Source: a virus. From it: a stretch of DNA of 64,000 nucleotides. Positions 10,712 through 21,952 of this stretch are shown here, piece after piece. The position numbers were made by a program, and so were the translations under genes. The DNA is taken from the IMG/VR virus record IMGVR_UViG_3300027770_003399, positions 1 through 64,000 of that record. One strand, 5' to 3'. Each line of letters begins with the position of its first letter. Positions within the stretch are counted from its first letter, which is position 1. The notes below the pieces were generated by a model that worked only from the letters and a program-made list of their open reading frames with translations, ran no database searches and had not been told where the DNA came from.

Positions 10712-10984
10712 TTAAGGGGAACCACAATCAAAATCATAATCATCTAGATAAGTATTTAATCCATCTATTCTAGCAACACTCAAATTACCAGTAATCTTAC
10801 TCATAGGAATATCTGGAAGGTCACTAACAGATATAATATCTCTATCACTAATTATATTTACACTATTATATCCAAATTTCTCAATTTCTACAACCCCAAT
10901 ATTATCAATATAGCTAGTTTCCAGACTTATGATATTCGGCTCAATATTTTCAATAACTACAATAAATTCGCTCATGGTTGACAA
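10712..10984 (-). CDS. Hypothetical virion-operon protein
   Basis: Co-oriented ORF in the structural operon. Confidence 0.5.
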   Translation of the reverse strand: MSTMSEFIVVIENIEPNIISLETSYIDNIGVVEIEKFGYNSVNIISDRDIISVSDLPDIPMSKITGNLSVARIDGLNTYLDDYDFDCGSP

Positions 10985-11370
10985 CTTAATAGGGTGTCGC
11001 TATTTCTACGAATTATTTTTACACCGCCAAAAATCAACCTTATTATTTCTTTGCCTCCCCCAGTATACATAGCAGAAGGACTTTCTAGCTCAAGATCATA
11101 CTTTGCGCTATCAAATAAGAAGTTGTTCGTAACACTAGCAGGAAATTGCAATAATAGTTTGCCTTCTGCTCCAGTAATTGTAAATTTATAAAGAGTATAA
11201 TCAAGATTAGTGGTACTAAATACCTGTACAATTCCCTTGCTGGTTGTCCATATCAATCTGGCACACCAACCGGTAATATTAATGGGTATCTCACTACTAT
11301 CTTTATATATTAAGGATAGCTTAAAGGAAGATCCTTGTTCTATTGTGAAGTCATATTTGCCAGCTGCCAT
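10972..11370 (-). CDS. Conserved phage structural-region protein
   Basis: MAAGKYDFTIEQGSSF...AKYDLEL pattern recurrent in phage structural regions. Confidence 0.55.
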   Translation of the reverse strand: MAAGKYDFTIEQGSSFKLSLIYKDSSEIPINITGWCARLIWTTSKGIVQVFSTTNLDYTLYKFTITGAEGKLLLQFPASVTNNFLFDSAKYDLELESPSAMYTGGGKEIIRLIFGGVKIIRRNSDTLLSCQP

Positions 11371-11439
11371 ATTATTTGACCTTCATGGAATGGGTGGCCT
11401 ATATATTTAGTGATAATAAGTTTATATAAAATAATACAC

Positions 11440-13134
11440 CTATAAGCAAGAATAAATCCACTTAGCTTGTCCACAATCCCATATTTTGAATAATCCATGA
11501 TCATATCCAGAATTTCCCGGAAACCTTAATCTATTCAATGTAATTTGGCCATCTGTCCATTTAAAGCTAGGATATGTATGATTATATTTAAATCCTAAAT
11601 CAGACAAATAAGACCCATCCCCATATCTTAGATCTATAAATGTCATAATAGAAGATGGATTAATTTGTTCTATAGCATAATTTAATAGTTTTGAAAATCC
11701 CCCAACAACTCCAGTTCCTTTTGAGCAGCAGAATCTTGATACTTCATAGTCTTTATCTTTTAATCTTTTAAGCCTTAAACAGCTTACAATCTCATTATCA
11801 TATAATAAACAATAGGTTTGTCCCCTACCTTTTCCCATAAGATGATTAATCTCATAAAACTGATCAGCCTCCTTATTGGACAATACTCCTATAGAGCACT
11901 TTCTAGCAAAAATCCTATTAGATTTGCCCAGTCGATTTAGTATGATAGATTTAATAATATCAAACTTATCGTTCAATTCATCTTCCCTAAAAAATAATGA
12001 TCTAAAATTATTACTAGAATATACTAGCCTCTTCATGATATGATAGTTTTTATCTAATTTAGTAGCATCACTATGCCAGTATAGTCCATCTATTTCTATT
12101 AATAAATTATCTATTTTAAAGTCTGATATATAAACCCCATTATCATGAGAAACCCTATGTTGTTGAGAATAACTAATATTTTCTTCATCTAACCAGTTTT
12201 TTAAAATTTGCTCTAGAGAACTATATCTATTACCCTTTTCCATAGTGGTAGCAACTTCAAAACCATATTGAGATACCAACTGATTAAATCTACTGAGACA
12301 ATATCCTGTTTCTTCTGCCCACTCTTTACTATTTTTATTTTCATAAAATCTAGCATTACCATTAGAAATCATAGTATTAACAATCTTCTTTTTAACCTCT
12401 ATATTCTTAGTAGCACTAGTATATCCATATCTTTTTAAATTAGTTTCTTTAGTGGCCTCTTTAAATATTTCTACCTGAGCTACATTTTTGACCCCGTACT
12501 TAATTAGATTAGTATTTTGTTTCAATATCTCATTATTAGGATCTTTTGCATGATGACTAACTCCCCGAACCCTAAGATTAGTATCTTTAATTTTTTGTTT
12601 AATATCTTCATTCTGAAACACATTATCTGTACCAAATCTCTCTAGATTAGTTCTATTTCTATTTTCTGATATTTTTATCTTATATGATGGTCCATACTTT
12701 TCTATTAGGGTTTTATCTTTTTTATCCTGTAGTTTACCCTTAGTATCTAGACCCCAGCTCTTTATGGTTCTATTCAGAGATGATCTTGGAATACCCAGTT
12801 TATTAGATATATTAGATATAGACCACCCCTCTGAGATCATAAGAATAATATCGTCCTTATTACTATTTATTTTAAGACTTTTAGGATTATCTAATCTTTG
12901 AGATGAATTCTTCACTCCGTGCAACAATAGACTTATTTCTTCTCTTTTTTTAAATCTACATTGTTCACAACAATCTTTATCTAGTACCTTGTTCTGAATA
13001 TATCTAGCCTTATTACTTTTAATAATATGCTTATGGCAGTAATCACAATCAACTATAATGCTCTTGTTAGAACACTTGCTAAGGTCTTGTGGATAGTATT
13101 TATATTCACTGTATGTTATATCATTTTGTATCAT
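11440..13134 (-). mobile_element. Free-standing homing endonuclease (Zn-ribbon, TNLxRYG repeats, PD-(D/E)xK/Hef-like C-terminus)
   Basis: CDYC/CEQC pair; repeats TNLERFG, TNLIKYG, TNLKRYG; DFKIDNLLIEIDGLYWHS nuclease motif; IFARKC...NHLMG tail; sits between the capsid gene and the next structural gene. Confidence 0.75.
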
Positions 13135-13156
13135 AGAAAATTTCCTCTTTTGACTT

Positions 13157-13184
13157 ATAATACAGCAAATGCTTTGTTTGTCAA
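13157..13184 (-). promoter_or_regulatory. sigma70-like promoter of the homing endonuclease
   Basis: Minus strand TTGACA-16 nt-TATTAT, preceded by TG, about 20 nt upstream of the start codon. Confidence 0.55.
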
Positions 13185-13208
13185 GGCATAGAGTCTATGT
13201 ATGACTAG

Positions 13209-13236
13209 AAAAAAGGACCAGTATTTCTACTAGTCC
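13209..13236 (-). terminator. Intrinsic terminator after the major capsid gene
   Basis: Hairpin GGACCAGTA-tttc-TACTAGTCC (one mismatch) followed by U6 on the minus strand. Confidence 0.55.
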
Positions 13237-13264
13237 AGTTTTCGTTAATAATAAATAAAAGGTA

Positions 13265-14275
13265 TTAGAGTGAACCTATGATAACTCTACGATTATCTAG
13301 TACGGCGAAGCCCAGTTCTGCCCATCCGTAGAATCCAGCTCTCTTCTGACGATGAAGAGTATCATCTTCAAAAATCTGAACTTCTTGGCGAATTGGCATG
13401 ATGAAACTATCTCTCTTGCGCATATCTAGACCTACCACAACTTCAGTATCTCCACCGGGCATACTTGCAGCCAAGGAGGTAGTGAAGAATGCTTGGTATT
13501 CTTGACCAACACCAAGTTCATCTAGATCATGAAGATTGACTCCGAATACACGATTTAGACTACCGTCTGCTGCTGTATAAATCTCTCGACGAGTAATTTC
13601 GTCAATTTGATCAATACCCCAGTTTCGAATATCTTCCATCGCTTCTGGAGATACAAAAAGATCAGTTAGCATTCCACGATTAGCACTGGTACTATTACCG
13701 CCGCCGTTTCGTCTCATGACTGTTTTCATCAAACTTACCAATCTCTTGGTAAATTGACTAGCAGAAGCATCAGAATCATAAACAACGATATTTCGATCAA
13801 CACCAGCAGCTAACAAAGTATGCCAGCCGTCATCATTCATCTTCTTAACAAAGGAGCCCTCTAAAGCTTCCATTGCTCTGCCAACAACATCCCACCTAGC
13901 ATCTCTAGCATACTTTAGCAAGTAGTCGATAGATGAACCAATGTCGTAGGTTGGAACCATAACATAGTCACCTTCAACATGACGCTCTGGAATATATCCG
14001 TGATTAGGCAAAGTATATGCAACAAAGTCTTTTTCGGTACCTGGTGCAAGAAAATCTAATGGAAATTCTGGAGTAGCACTTTGAGCAAGCTTGATAGGCT
14101 CAAATATGCCGTCTAAAATATCTCCACTTAGTAAACCCTGACGAAGAGGCAATTCTAGTGCTTTTGCAAATTCTGCATTAGCGGCTAATGCTACTTCTCT
14201 ATTTGGCGAACCAGAACGCATCAAAAGATCTGTTAATTCTGGTGTTGGCTGAAATCTCTCTGTTTTAGCTGACAT
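13265..14275 (-). CDS. Major capsid protein (HK97-like fold inferred)
   Basis: 336 aa, downstream of portal, protease and decoration genes; capsid-like segments YARDARWDVVGRAMEALEGSFVKKMNDDGW and GFYGWAELGFAVLD. Confidence 0.75.
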   Translation of the reverse strand: MSAKTERFQPTPELTDLLMRSGSPNREVALAANAEFAKALELPLRQGLLSGDILDGIFEPIKLAQSATPEFPLDFLAPGTEKDFVAYTLPNHGYIPERHVEGDYVMVPTYDIGSSIDYLLKYARDARWDVVGRAMEALEGSFVKKMNDDGWHTLLAAGVDRNIVVYDSDASASQFTKRLVSLMKTVMRRNGGGNSTSANRGMLTDLFVSPEAMEDIRNWGIDQIDEITRREIYTAADGSLNRVFGVNLHDLDELGVGQEYQAFFTTSLAASMPGGDTEVVVGLDMRKRDSFIMPIRQEVQIFEDDTLHRQKRAGFYGWAELGFAVLDNRRVIIGSL

Positions 14276-14307
14276 GTTTTATCTCTCCCTGTGATTTAAA
14301 AAAAAAC

Positions 14308-14760
14308 TTATAGATTAACTGATACTTTTGCATAACCGTCTGCGTCTGTAGCACTTAAGAATTGACCAATTTGAACAGCATTAGTACTACTAGTACCTAT
14401 ATTGCCGTTTGCACCAACATAAGCCTTGGCTCCTGCACTTGGAGTGCCAGCAAGGAAATTAGTTGTAACCTGCCCATTTCTGAGTATTGTTACCTTTCCT
14501 CCTACCTGGACCTCATCTTTGTGCCAATTGATATGTTGTTTTGTTAGGTCAATATTTACAACATCATTTAGCAGAATTCCTACGGGTAATGAACCAGATG
14601 CTACTGAAGCATAAGCAACAACAGCATTGGCATCATCCATAGATACTCCCAACCCGGAAGTAGCGACATTAACACTAACCACACCACCGCGTGTTGCAGT
14701 TGTATTCATGAAAAAAGAAACATCAGTCAATAGTTCAATACGATCAGATTTTAAGGCCAT
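14308..14760 (-). CDS. Head decoration/cement protein
   Basis: 150 aa, small and beta-rich, immediately upstream of the capsid gene; VGILLNDVV...GGKVTILRNG pattern. Confidence 0.55.
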   Translation of the reverse strand: MALKSDRIELLTDVSFFMNTTATRGGVVSVNVATSGLGVSMDDANAVVAYASVASGSLPVGILLNDVVNIDLTKQHINWHKDEVQVGGKVTILRNGQVTTNFLAGTPSAGAKAYVGANGNIGTSSTNAVQIGQFLSATDADGYAKVSVNL

Positions 14761-14788
14761 TGTAATTTCTCCAGTAAATATTTAGGGA

Positions 14789-16333
14789 CTATTTATTTTT
14801 CTTGTTACCTAGTTTGCTGTACACGAATTCTACCAAAGCTGCTCTTGTGGAATTTAATGAAGACTCAGCTGATTCTTCACTAACGCTTAAGCTTACAGAG
14901 TCTTCTACTTCAACGTCTTCAAGGACAGATATATCGCTATTGTCTTCAGAAGCTTTCTTCTTAGGATCTTCCTTCTTAGGATCTTCCTTCTTGGTGCCAT
15001 CTTTTTCTTTCTTGTACTTTTCTAGCCAAGGAGGCAGACCAGCAGCAAAAAGAAAAGTCATAGCATCAAAAGCTTCATCTTCCATAGCATCAAATTTTTC
15101 CAATATGCTAGCAACAATTTCAGCATCTAGACCTTTGTCTACTAATGATGCTTTTCTAAGCATGTTCTTTTCTTTCTTCATCATAGCGGCTTCAGCAGCT
15201 CGATATGTCTCAATGATACTATTGGCAGTATCTAGTTCTAATCTTATAGCCTGTATAGCAGCTTCAGAATCGTCTTCCATTTTATCCATTTCTTCTTGCA
15301 TCTTTTTGATCTGCTCTTTGGTCTTTTTTGCAGCCTGAGCCATTTCGTCTTCCATTTCAAGATTGGCCGATGCGAGACCAGCAATTTTGGCTTGAATGCT
15401 GTCAGATGCTTCTTTGGTATAGACAACATCATCACTCACTGTTAGCTCTATTTCTTCAGCGACGGTTACCTTCTCTTTTGAACTCATAATAGTATTCTCC
15501 GAATTAGTGTTGGCCTGAGTAATAAATACACCTGATTTTATAATTTCTTCTTTTTTTTCCAAAGTACAACTATTGGATTTTTTGTTATCGGTCTCAGATA
15601 ATAAGTTCTTAGTAAATATTATACTATCCTGATTAGCTGGTCTGTCAACAAAACCCTTGCCAGAAAACGTTATATTTCGCAAGACTCTTCCAATTTTATA
15701 ATTTTCATGTTCACCAAGACCCCCATAAGACCGCAAATATTTGCTTAAATACGCAGTCTCATTATTTCGAGATAATATTTTATATGTTCCAGTATTTTTT
15801 TCTATTAGACCATAATCAAACCCCTTAAAGAAACATTCCATACTAACATACTTAGTACCGTCTTGTATTTCAGCTATTAGTTTTTCGGATCTGTCTTTAA
15901 GTTCTGGATTAGTAAAAGATTTATATATTACTGATCCTGTTAATATATGATATTTTTCTGGTAGATCTTCCACTTCGGTATTTTCATCTATAAGAATACC
16001 TTCCTCTGTAATAGGCCAATTTGATGTGATGTGTCCTATTATTATATTCTCATCATGTTCTAAATTAGTGGGTTTGTCTTCTGGAGTATTTTTTGCTATC
16101 CAGACTTCTTTTTTATCAAAGATATCGTCATTTTTATTCCAACTAGAACTAACAAGTATAGACTGCACATAATACAGATCATCATCACTGAAAGATGCTA
16201 GACTATGAATATTTTTTTTAATATCTTCAGATTTATGCTCTATTGGCTCTGCTATACAAGCATAAGATATTGAGGCAGAAGAGGATAACTGGGCCTCTAA
16301 CCCATCTATTTTTTCTTGGTCAAATATATGCAT
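14789..16333 (-). CDS. Prohead protease-scaffold fusion
   Basis: N-terminal domain with H (IIGHI), S (YVSMEC) and FSGKGFVDRPAN; acidic coiled-coil C-terminal half; located between portal and capsid. Confidence 0.65.
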   Translation of the reverse strand: MHIFDQEKIDGLEAQLSSSASISYACIAEPIEHKSEDIKKNIHSLASFSDDDLYYVQSILVSSSWNKNDDIFDKKEVWIAKNTPEDKPTNLEHDENIIIGHITSNWPITEEGILIDENTEVEDLPEKYHILTGSVIYKSFTNPELKDRSEKLIAEIQDGTKYVSMECFFKGFDYGLIEKNTGTYKILSRNNETAYLSKYLRSYGGLGEHENYKIGRVLRNITFSGKGFVDRPANQDSIIFTKNLLSETDNKKSNSCTLEKKEEIIKSGVFITQANTNSENTIMSSKEKVTVAEEIELTVSDDVVYTKEASDSIQAKIAGLASANLEMEDEMAQAAKKTKEQIKKMQEEMDKMEDDSEAAIQAIRLELDTANSIIETYRAAEAAMMKKEKNMLRKASLVDKGLDAEIVASILEKFDAMEDEAFDAMTFLFAAGLPPWLEKYKKEKDGTKKEDPKKEDPKKKASEDNSDISVLEDVEVEDSVSLSVSEESAESSLNSTRAALVEFVYSKLGNKKNK

Positions 16334-16351
16334 AATGATTAACCCTTATGT

Positions 16352-18556
16352 TTAATTACCTGCCTCATCATACACCAGACAATAGAAAGAAGCTTTTGCT
16401 TGCTCATTCTCACTAACGGATAGTTGTCTACCCAGATCTCCCTGAATAGCTTTTAGCCAAATATAAAATTTAGAGACTATCTTGCTATTAGTCTCCATGT
16501 TGTGAAAAGATTCCACTACTTGAGAACTCCCAATGGTGCAGTAAGGGATAAGATTAAGAAGAATATTGGTTTTAACCTGTTCTAGCTCTTGGGACTCTGC
16601 ACTAGTTAAACTTCTTAAATTTTTCTTATTATAGAATTCTAACATTAGTGGGTTCATAATTTCCCCTATTTTATTCTGAGCTGATGTCGCCCACATTAAC
16701 ATCTTGGCCCCTGTTCTGGGTATAAAGGTCTTGGGCGCTCGCTTTTTCTTATCTTTTGATAGTTTAGGCCTTCCGTCGCCAGATTCTTTCGGCAACGAAT
16801 CCGATGACGGATCGTTTGCCAACTTCGTTGGTTGTGGTGCTGTTGCTGCTTTCATCTCAAGGGATGTTTTTTCTCCGGGTTTCTTTTTGGGAAGATCAAG
16901 TCCTACTTGACTAGGAGCCACTATCCCCAATTGCAGAGATATTTTTTTCAAAGAGTTCTCAAACTGAGGATCAAACCAAGGCCCAGCTTTATCTACCATT
17001 CTACTTGTTTTTCTGTCTCGGAATTCTCTGTTCAGTCTGTATTTCTCCATATCTGGATCAAATCCAAATCTTGTTTGTATTAGCTCATCAGATACTAAGT
17101 TTCTATCAGCTAGCTGAATGAGTAAAGCCTTTTCTGTGTCTTCATTGGATAAATCCATTCTGTCAAACTCAATTTTTCCAGGATATTGAAATCCCATAGC
17201 TTGTTGGACTAATTCTAGTTCCTTTTCCCAGAAACTAACTAGTATGTCTCTGCCGTACTGAAGTCTTTGGGTCAGTGTTTTAAGGCTTATAAAATTGTTT
17301 GTTGTTCCACTAGCTCCGAAAGTACCTGTTAAGGTTGGTGGAATACCTAGACCAGCATAAATAGCGTTCAAGTGGGGAATGTATTTTCCTTCGCCCAAGA
17401 ATTGATGAACATTAGTTTTTGATTCAAGAAGCTCTATATCTGGACCCCACACAAGATCCATTGTTCCTCCCCCAACATTATTTCCAAGTATTTGAGCTAA
17501 CTTCGCCGTTGCTGCTTTTGTAGGGGCTATTTTGTGTTCTAGGCTCCCTAGTTTAAATATTCTAATATTTGATATAGCTCCATCTAAAGCTGCCATATCC
17601 GCGAGTTTCAGCTTTTCTATAACATTGATATCATCCATGATAGCATACATCATAGGAAATGCCCAAGCCTGCCAATCATCTTTCTTATAATGAAAAACCA
17701 TTGTCTTTTCAGGATCCAAAGGATAGGATTTCTTCTTTTGGGCCGCTTCGACAATTTCTGCTGGCAGACCACTAACTACCAAGGCTTCTGCCTCATTCTT
17801 TGGAGCATTTATGATTCTTCTAAGACTAGCTGGTAGAATAAGTTGATACTGCTTTTTTTCTACAAATGAAGATAATGGTCCTCCAGCAACTTCAACAAAT
17901 ACAGGATCCATAAAAGTATATCGCCAAGGTATTTCTCTTTTTTCCAACTTAATACTATTTAAATCAGCAATATCAAAATTAGGAGCAGAAGCAGATCTAT
18001 ATAGTTTTTCAGCAACCTTTACACTAATTTTCCCAGTTTGTTTGTTAATTACAACATTTCCCACCTTATATAAATTATTTAAAAATCTCTCACTCCTATC
18101 TTTCCCCCCAATCTTCTTGAACCACTGTCTATAAAATCTCTCTATCCTTTTATTCTTATGAACAATCCTGACACCCTGAGCAGCAAAATCTCCCATAAGA
18201 TCAATAACATTTTTAACCAAGCCGATTCTCTGATAAATATCTTCTGCTCTGCGCAGGATAGCCTTAATATTTCCTCTAGGAACAGCTTCGTCTGGTCTGA
18301 AAAAATCGTAATCGTCCCTTGTTAATCCTGGTCTTCCCGAAGTTCCAGTGCCGTCAAGATTAGAGTAATCAAAACCGTGTCGTCTTGCTGCTGAACCTGT
18401 TGATTTTTGTATGCCAACATACTCCTCCAAAGACTCTGAGGAAGTATGAAGGGCAATCTTCTTGCTTTCCAAGTCTTCGCCCCATGTAACATAGGCTTCT
18501 TGGCCGATTATGGTAGAATCTTGGTTTGCTTCGCTTTTTGGATATTTTTTAGTCAT
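16352..18556 (-). CDS. Portal protein
   Basis: 734 aa directly after the terminase; portal-like segments (GLVKNVIDLMGDFAAQG, IYAGLGIPPTLTG, KTLTQRLQYGR). Confidence 0.7.
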   Translation of the reverse strand: MTKKYPKSEANQDSTIIGQEAYVTWGEDLESKKIALHTSSESLEEYVGIQKSTGSAARRHGFDYSNLDGTGTSGRPGLTRDDYDFFRPDEAVPRGNIKAILRRAEDIYQRIGLVKNVIDLMGDFAAQGVRIVHKNKRIERFYRQWFKKIGGKDRSERFLNNLYKVGNVVINKQTGKISVKVAEKLYRSASAPNFDIADLNSIKLEKREIPWRYTFMDPVFVEVAGGPLSSFVEKKQYQLILPASLRRIINAPKNEAEALVVSGLPAEIVEAAQKKKSYPLDPEKTMVFHYKKDDWQAWAFPMMYAIMDDINVIEKLKLADMAALDGAISNIRIFKLGSLEHKIAPTKAATAKLAQILGNNVGGGTMDLVWGPDIELLESKTNVHQFLGEGKYIPHLNAIYAGLGIPPTLTGTFGASGTTNNFISLKTLTQRLQYGRDILVSFWEKELELVQQAMGFQYPGKIEFDRMDLSNEDTEKALLIQLADRNLVSDELIQTRFGFDPDMEKYRLNREFRDRKTSRMVDKAGPWFDPQFENSLKKISLQLGIVAPSQVGLDLPKKKPGEKTSLEMKAATAPQPTKLANDPSSDSLPKESGDGRPKLSKDKKKRAPKTFIPRTGAKMLMWATSAQNKIGEIMNPLMLEFYNKKNLRSLTSAESQELEQVKTNILLNLIPYCTIGSSQVVESFHNMETNSKIVSKFYIWLKAIQGDLGRQLSVSENEQAKASFYCLVYDEAGN

Positions 18557-18606
18557 AGGTATTCCAATTACAATAGGAATGCAATCAATATGTAACTATA
18601 CACTAT

Positions 18607-20628
18607 CTATCGATATATTCCCTTGTAAATATCATCGTTTGCTCCAGAAGTGAACCATTCTGGCCCACGATACATATCTCCTGAATTCTTGGTCATATTT
18701 CTGGCATTTCCTCCTACCACATCATATGTTAGGGGTTGAAAAATTCTCTGCATTTGTCTAGCTATCATATTAGCTATTATTAAAGAACTATATCTATCTT
18801 TTCTAAGTCTACCCTTTTTCCCATTTGGCATCTTTATCTCTGGAGTATCCCACCTATCTCTTGAATTTGCGGATGAACTAGTTTGACTCATTACAATAGT
18901 TGTTAATTCATTTTTTAGCTCTTCTATCTCTAGAACACATTCGCTAAGACTGTCGTAGACTCGATTTAAATCAGTGGACATGATATCTTTACCTTCTCTA
19001 TCCAAAGCTAGACCCAGAGTGAGATTATCGAATCTTGGAAACAATAAAATTTTATCCTCTAGATCTTTTCTTAGTCCGTGATTAGCTTGGGCCGTCCATT
19101 CTGCTTTAGCAAACTGTACAAGCTCCAATATATGTAAACCAGCTTGGTCATCAGTTTCTTTTCTCTTATTTTCCTCTATGATCGGCCATATAAGATTTTC
19201 CCCATTTTCTAATCTTGATGGATCATGTAGAGCCTCTTCAATAGCTACTCCTCCACCCTGAGCATCCATTCCTAATCTTGCTGGAGGAAATACCTTCATT
19301 AAATTTCTTATTTTTCTAGCACAGAATCCATAAAAATCATGCTCATTAACCAGGCCTATCTTTTGTCTATCTTTAAAATTATTCCTATTTGTTGTCCAGC
19401 AATATACTAACCTGTGATGGTTATCATGAATTTCTAAAATGACTATACTAAAATTATCTTGTTCTGAAGCTGGATCTATCCCATAAATATATTTACAACT
19501 TAAATTACCCTGAGTAACAGCATCAAAACTAATTTCTTTCCCACCTACAGATATTGGAGTTGAATCATTCGTAACACAACTCTCTATTAAAGATCTTTTA
19601 AAGAATCCAGCACTATCATTAATAAAACATGCAGCATACTCCATATTATAAATAGCAGTATGAATAGTAACCTTCGCCCTAGATACTTGTCTATCATCCA
19701 TAAATCCCTTTGGTATTAATTCATAGGGGATTCTTATTATAGAATAATCTTGCCAATTAAAGTTTGGAGGAACTTCGCCCTGAAATATATCTTCTAATAT
19801 CCTAACATTACCCTGACTCTCTATTATAGCTTTATATCTTTTCCAATAGGCTGCAAAATGCTTAAACCCATAATCTGCTGTTCCTGAGATAATAGCTTGA
19901 TTACCCATTCTAGTATTAAGAGCTTCTAATTCATCGTTCCACAAGCCTTTGTCTCTCATGGCCTTTTTCTTAGCTTGTTCTTTTACGTTCTGAATTGGAC
20001 TCGCACTAACAGCAGCAAATCCAGATACAACAGTTTCATATATATCTGAGCTAATGGATGCAAATTCATCCGCTATAATAATGTGCGCTCGAAGTCCTCT
20101 GATCTTACTACCATCACCAAGAGGAATAGCTATAGCCCAACTATCGCCCAATCTCATCGTACATCTATCAACATCTCTTCTTGGTCCATCACTATTTCCA
20201 GTAAATATACTTCTGAGAATAGAGCTATTTCTCCAAATAGTTTCCATGTATTCAAAAATAATTTTACTCTGTCTAAAACCTGATCCAACGATAACTATTT
20301 TAGTGCCCGGGCTAAATAAACACTTTAACACAGAATACAGAGCTAAAAGAAAACTCTTTCCCCAACCTCTGCTTGCTATATACATAGGGAATGGTCTTAT
20401 CCAAAACTCTTGCAATATTGCTACTTGCATAGGATGTAACTCTATGTCAAATAGCAGTTTGCAAGTTGACCCTACGTATTTAGGATCTCTTAATATTCTA
20501 AGAAGATGTAGATCTGGATTTTCTATGTCTTTTTCTATTCGATTGATCATTATGTTTCGATCAATCTGAATTAACGATGTATCTCCAAGATCTAACCAAG
20601 CACTATCAAACTCATTGTTACGAGACAT
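18607..20628 (-). CDS. terL: Terminase large subunit
   Basis: Walker A ASRGWGKS, Walker B IIADEF, nuclease motif YGIDPAS, C-terminal DRYSS. Confidence 0.85.
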   Translation of the reverse strand: MSRNNEFDSAWLDLGDTSLIQIDRNIMINRIEKDIENPDLHLLRILRDPKYVGSTCKLLFDIELHPMQVAILQEFWIRPFPMYIASRGWGKSFLLALYSVLKCLFSPGTKIVIVGSGFRQSKIIFEYMETIWRNSSILRSIFTGNSDGPRRDVDRCTMRLGDSWAIAIPLGDGSKIRGLRAHIIIADEFASISSDIYETVVSGFAAVSASPIQNVKEQAKKKAMRDKGLWNDELEALNTRMGNQAIISGTADYGFKHFAAYWKRYKAIIESQGNVRILEDIFQGEVPPNFNWQDYSIIRIPYELIPKGFMDDRQVSRAKVTIHTAIYNMEYAACFINDSAGFFKRSLIESCVTNDSTPISVGGKEISFDAVTQGNLSCKYIYGIDPASEQDNFSIVILEIHDNHHRLVYCWTTNRNNFKDRQKIGLVNEHDFYGFCARKIRNLMKVFPPARLGMDAQGGGVAIEEALHDPSRLENGENLIWPIIEENKRKETDDQAGLHILELVQFAKAEWTAQANHGLRKDLEDKILLFPRFDNLTLGLALDREGKDIMSTDLNRVYDSLSECVLEIEELKNELTTIVMSQTSSSANSRDRWDTPEIKMPNGKKGRLRKDRYSSLIIANMIARQMQRIFQPLTYDVVGGNARNMTKNSGDMYRGPEWFTSGANDDIYKGIYR

Positions 20629-21196
20629 TCATCAGTGCTTCTGTCTTTTTAACAGATTGAGATATGGCCCTATTAACCATCATCTTTGCTACTGTTTCAA
20701 TAAACGGAAGATTTCTCTTGGAGCTTTCATCTTTCAACCATTCCAAGATAGTGCTCATATTATTCTTGCACCATTCTGGTCCTTGCTCATTCATCTGTAG
20801 AGCATGTCTTCGACAGCTACATGTTGAACTACTCTTAATCCCAAGAGTACTAATCATATTAGTTAAAATAGTTCCTGGGCCTGTTGGATCTTCCTCAAGA
20901 GTTTTAGGATATAAAGCCCTTAATGTTTTACCAATATCTTCTCCTAGATATGATCTAAGTCTTCCCTCAATATATTCTTGAGTATAATCTCCAATACCAA
21001 CATACTCATCTGAACCTATAATAGTCATACCATGAGGAATGCCTTGTATATTAACAGATACTGTTTGACGTAATGGACTATCACTGTATGTTGGATCTAG
21101 TACTCCGTCAAAAACAATTGTCTCTGGCTGTACTATCTTATCATTGTGATCAGTGTATGGAGGTGGCGTAACAGATACTTTTCCTTGAATAAACAT
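20618..21196 (-). CDS. Hypothetical protein with Cys-rich C-terminal motif
   Basis: CSCRRHALQMN...GPEWC; co-oriented and overlapping terL. Confidence 0.5.
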   Translation of the reverse strand: MFIQGKVSVTPPPYTDHNDKIVQPETIVFDGVLDPTYSDSPLRQTVSVNIQGIPHGMTIIGSDEYVGIGDYTQEYIEGRLRSYLGEDIGKTLRALYPKTLEEDPTGPGTILTNMISTLGIKSSSTCSCRRHALQMNEQGPEWCKNNMSTILEWLKDESSKRNLPFIETVAKMMVNRAISQSVKKTEALMNVS

Positions 21197-21209
21197 ATGT
21201 AATATCTCC

Positions 21210-21683
21210 CTATTTAGCTTCTTTTGTTAAATGATAAATTTTCTTTAAAATAATTTCCGCAACTTTTTCCGCATCGCTAGGACTACCACAAAACATAACT
21301 TTTATATTATGTTCAAGTTCCCAATCTAAAACATGCTTCATTATAAAAGCAGGACTTATTTTTACTTTGTCCCACAATCTTTTTGGCAGGTCTGACCCAA
21401 TAGGATAACTCAAAATATCTTTTATACTAAACTCTAAAAGCAAAAAAGCATGTTTATGTTGAGCTAATCTTGATATCGCATCTTTAAATCTTGGTTCAAT
21501 AATATTATTAGCTATTTCAGTAACACTCTTTTTTCTTTCTATCGCCAAAATAGTCTCTAGTCCCTCAATACTATAGTCACCAGCATCTAATTTATGGTGC
21601 GATGTTGTATAGTTATCAAAAGTCCAAGGCTGTTGTTCTCTAGTATCTACTATAATAGTAAAATCATCGTATTCTTTTGTCAT
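21210..21683 (-). CDS. ERCC4-domain nuclease
   Basis: IIVDTREQ, GDYSI and IERKKS motifs. Confidence 0.8.
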   Translation of the reverse strand: MTKEYDDFTIIVDTREQQPWTFDNYTTSHHKLDAGDYSIEGLETILAIERKKSVTEIANNIIEPRFKDAISRLAQHKHAFLLLEFSIKDILSYPIGSDLPKRLWDKVKISPAFIMKHVLDWELEHNIKVMFCGSPSDAEKVAEIILKKIYHLTKEAK

Positions 21684-21952
21684 GGTGGAAATGCTTTATT
21701 TTGGAGTATTTTTATAAAAACGGCCTCATAAATATTCTCTATTCCTGATATCATCTTATGATGATTTTTGCATAAAGTAATACCATTATTAACTTCAAAT
21801 CTTAATCCCGGAAAATCCGCCCATGTTCTTATGTGATGAGCATTTAGTTTCTTTTTAACATTACATCCCAACCATTGGCAAGTATGGTTATCTCTTTTAT
21901 ACACCAGTTTTCGCCACTTTTTGTATTGTGGATCATTAAAGTCTCTAGACAT
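21680..21952 (-). CDS. HNH endonuclease
   Basis: RDNHTCQWLGC...AHHI...NGITLCKNHH. Confidence 0.8.
   Translation of the reverse strand: MSRDFNDPQYKKWRKLVYKRDNHTCQWLGCNVKKKLNAHHIRTWADFPGLRFEVNNGITLCKNHHKMISGIENIYEAVFIKILQNKAFPP

Noticed and set aside
11400-18606. GTGTAT late-promoter motif upstream of structural genes
   Set aside because: Only two minus-strand instances (~11435, ~18600) and one or two plus-strand ones; too few to support by eye.
2153-20569. Long plus-strand ORFs opposite structural genes (e.g. 2153, 8478, 14802, 20054)
   Set aside because: Antisense shadows of low-complexity or biased-codon genes, with no motifs or RBS.
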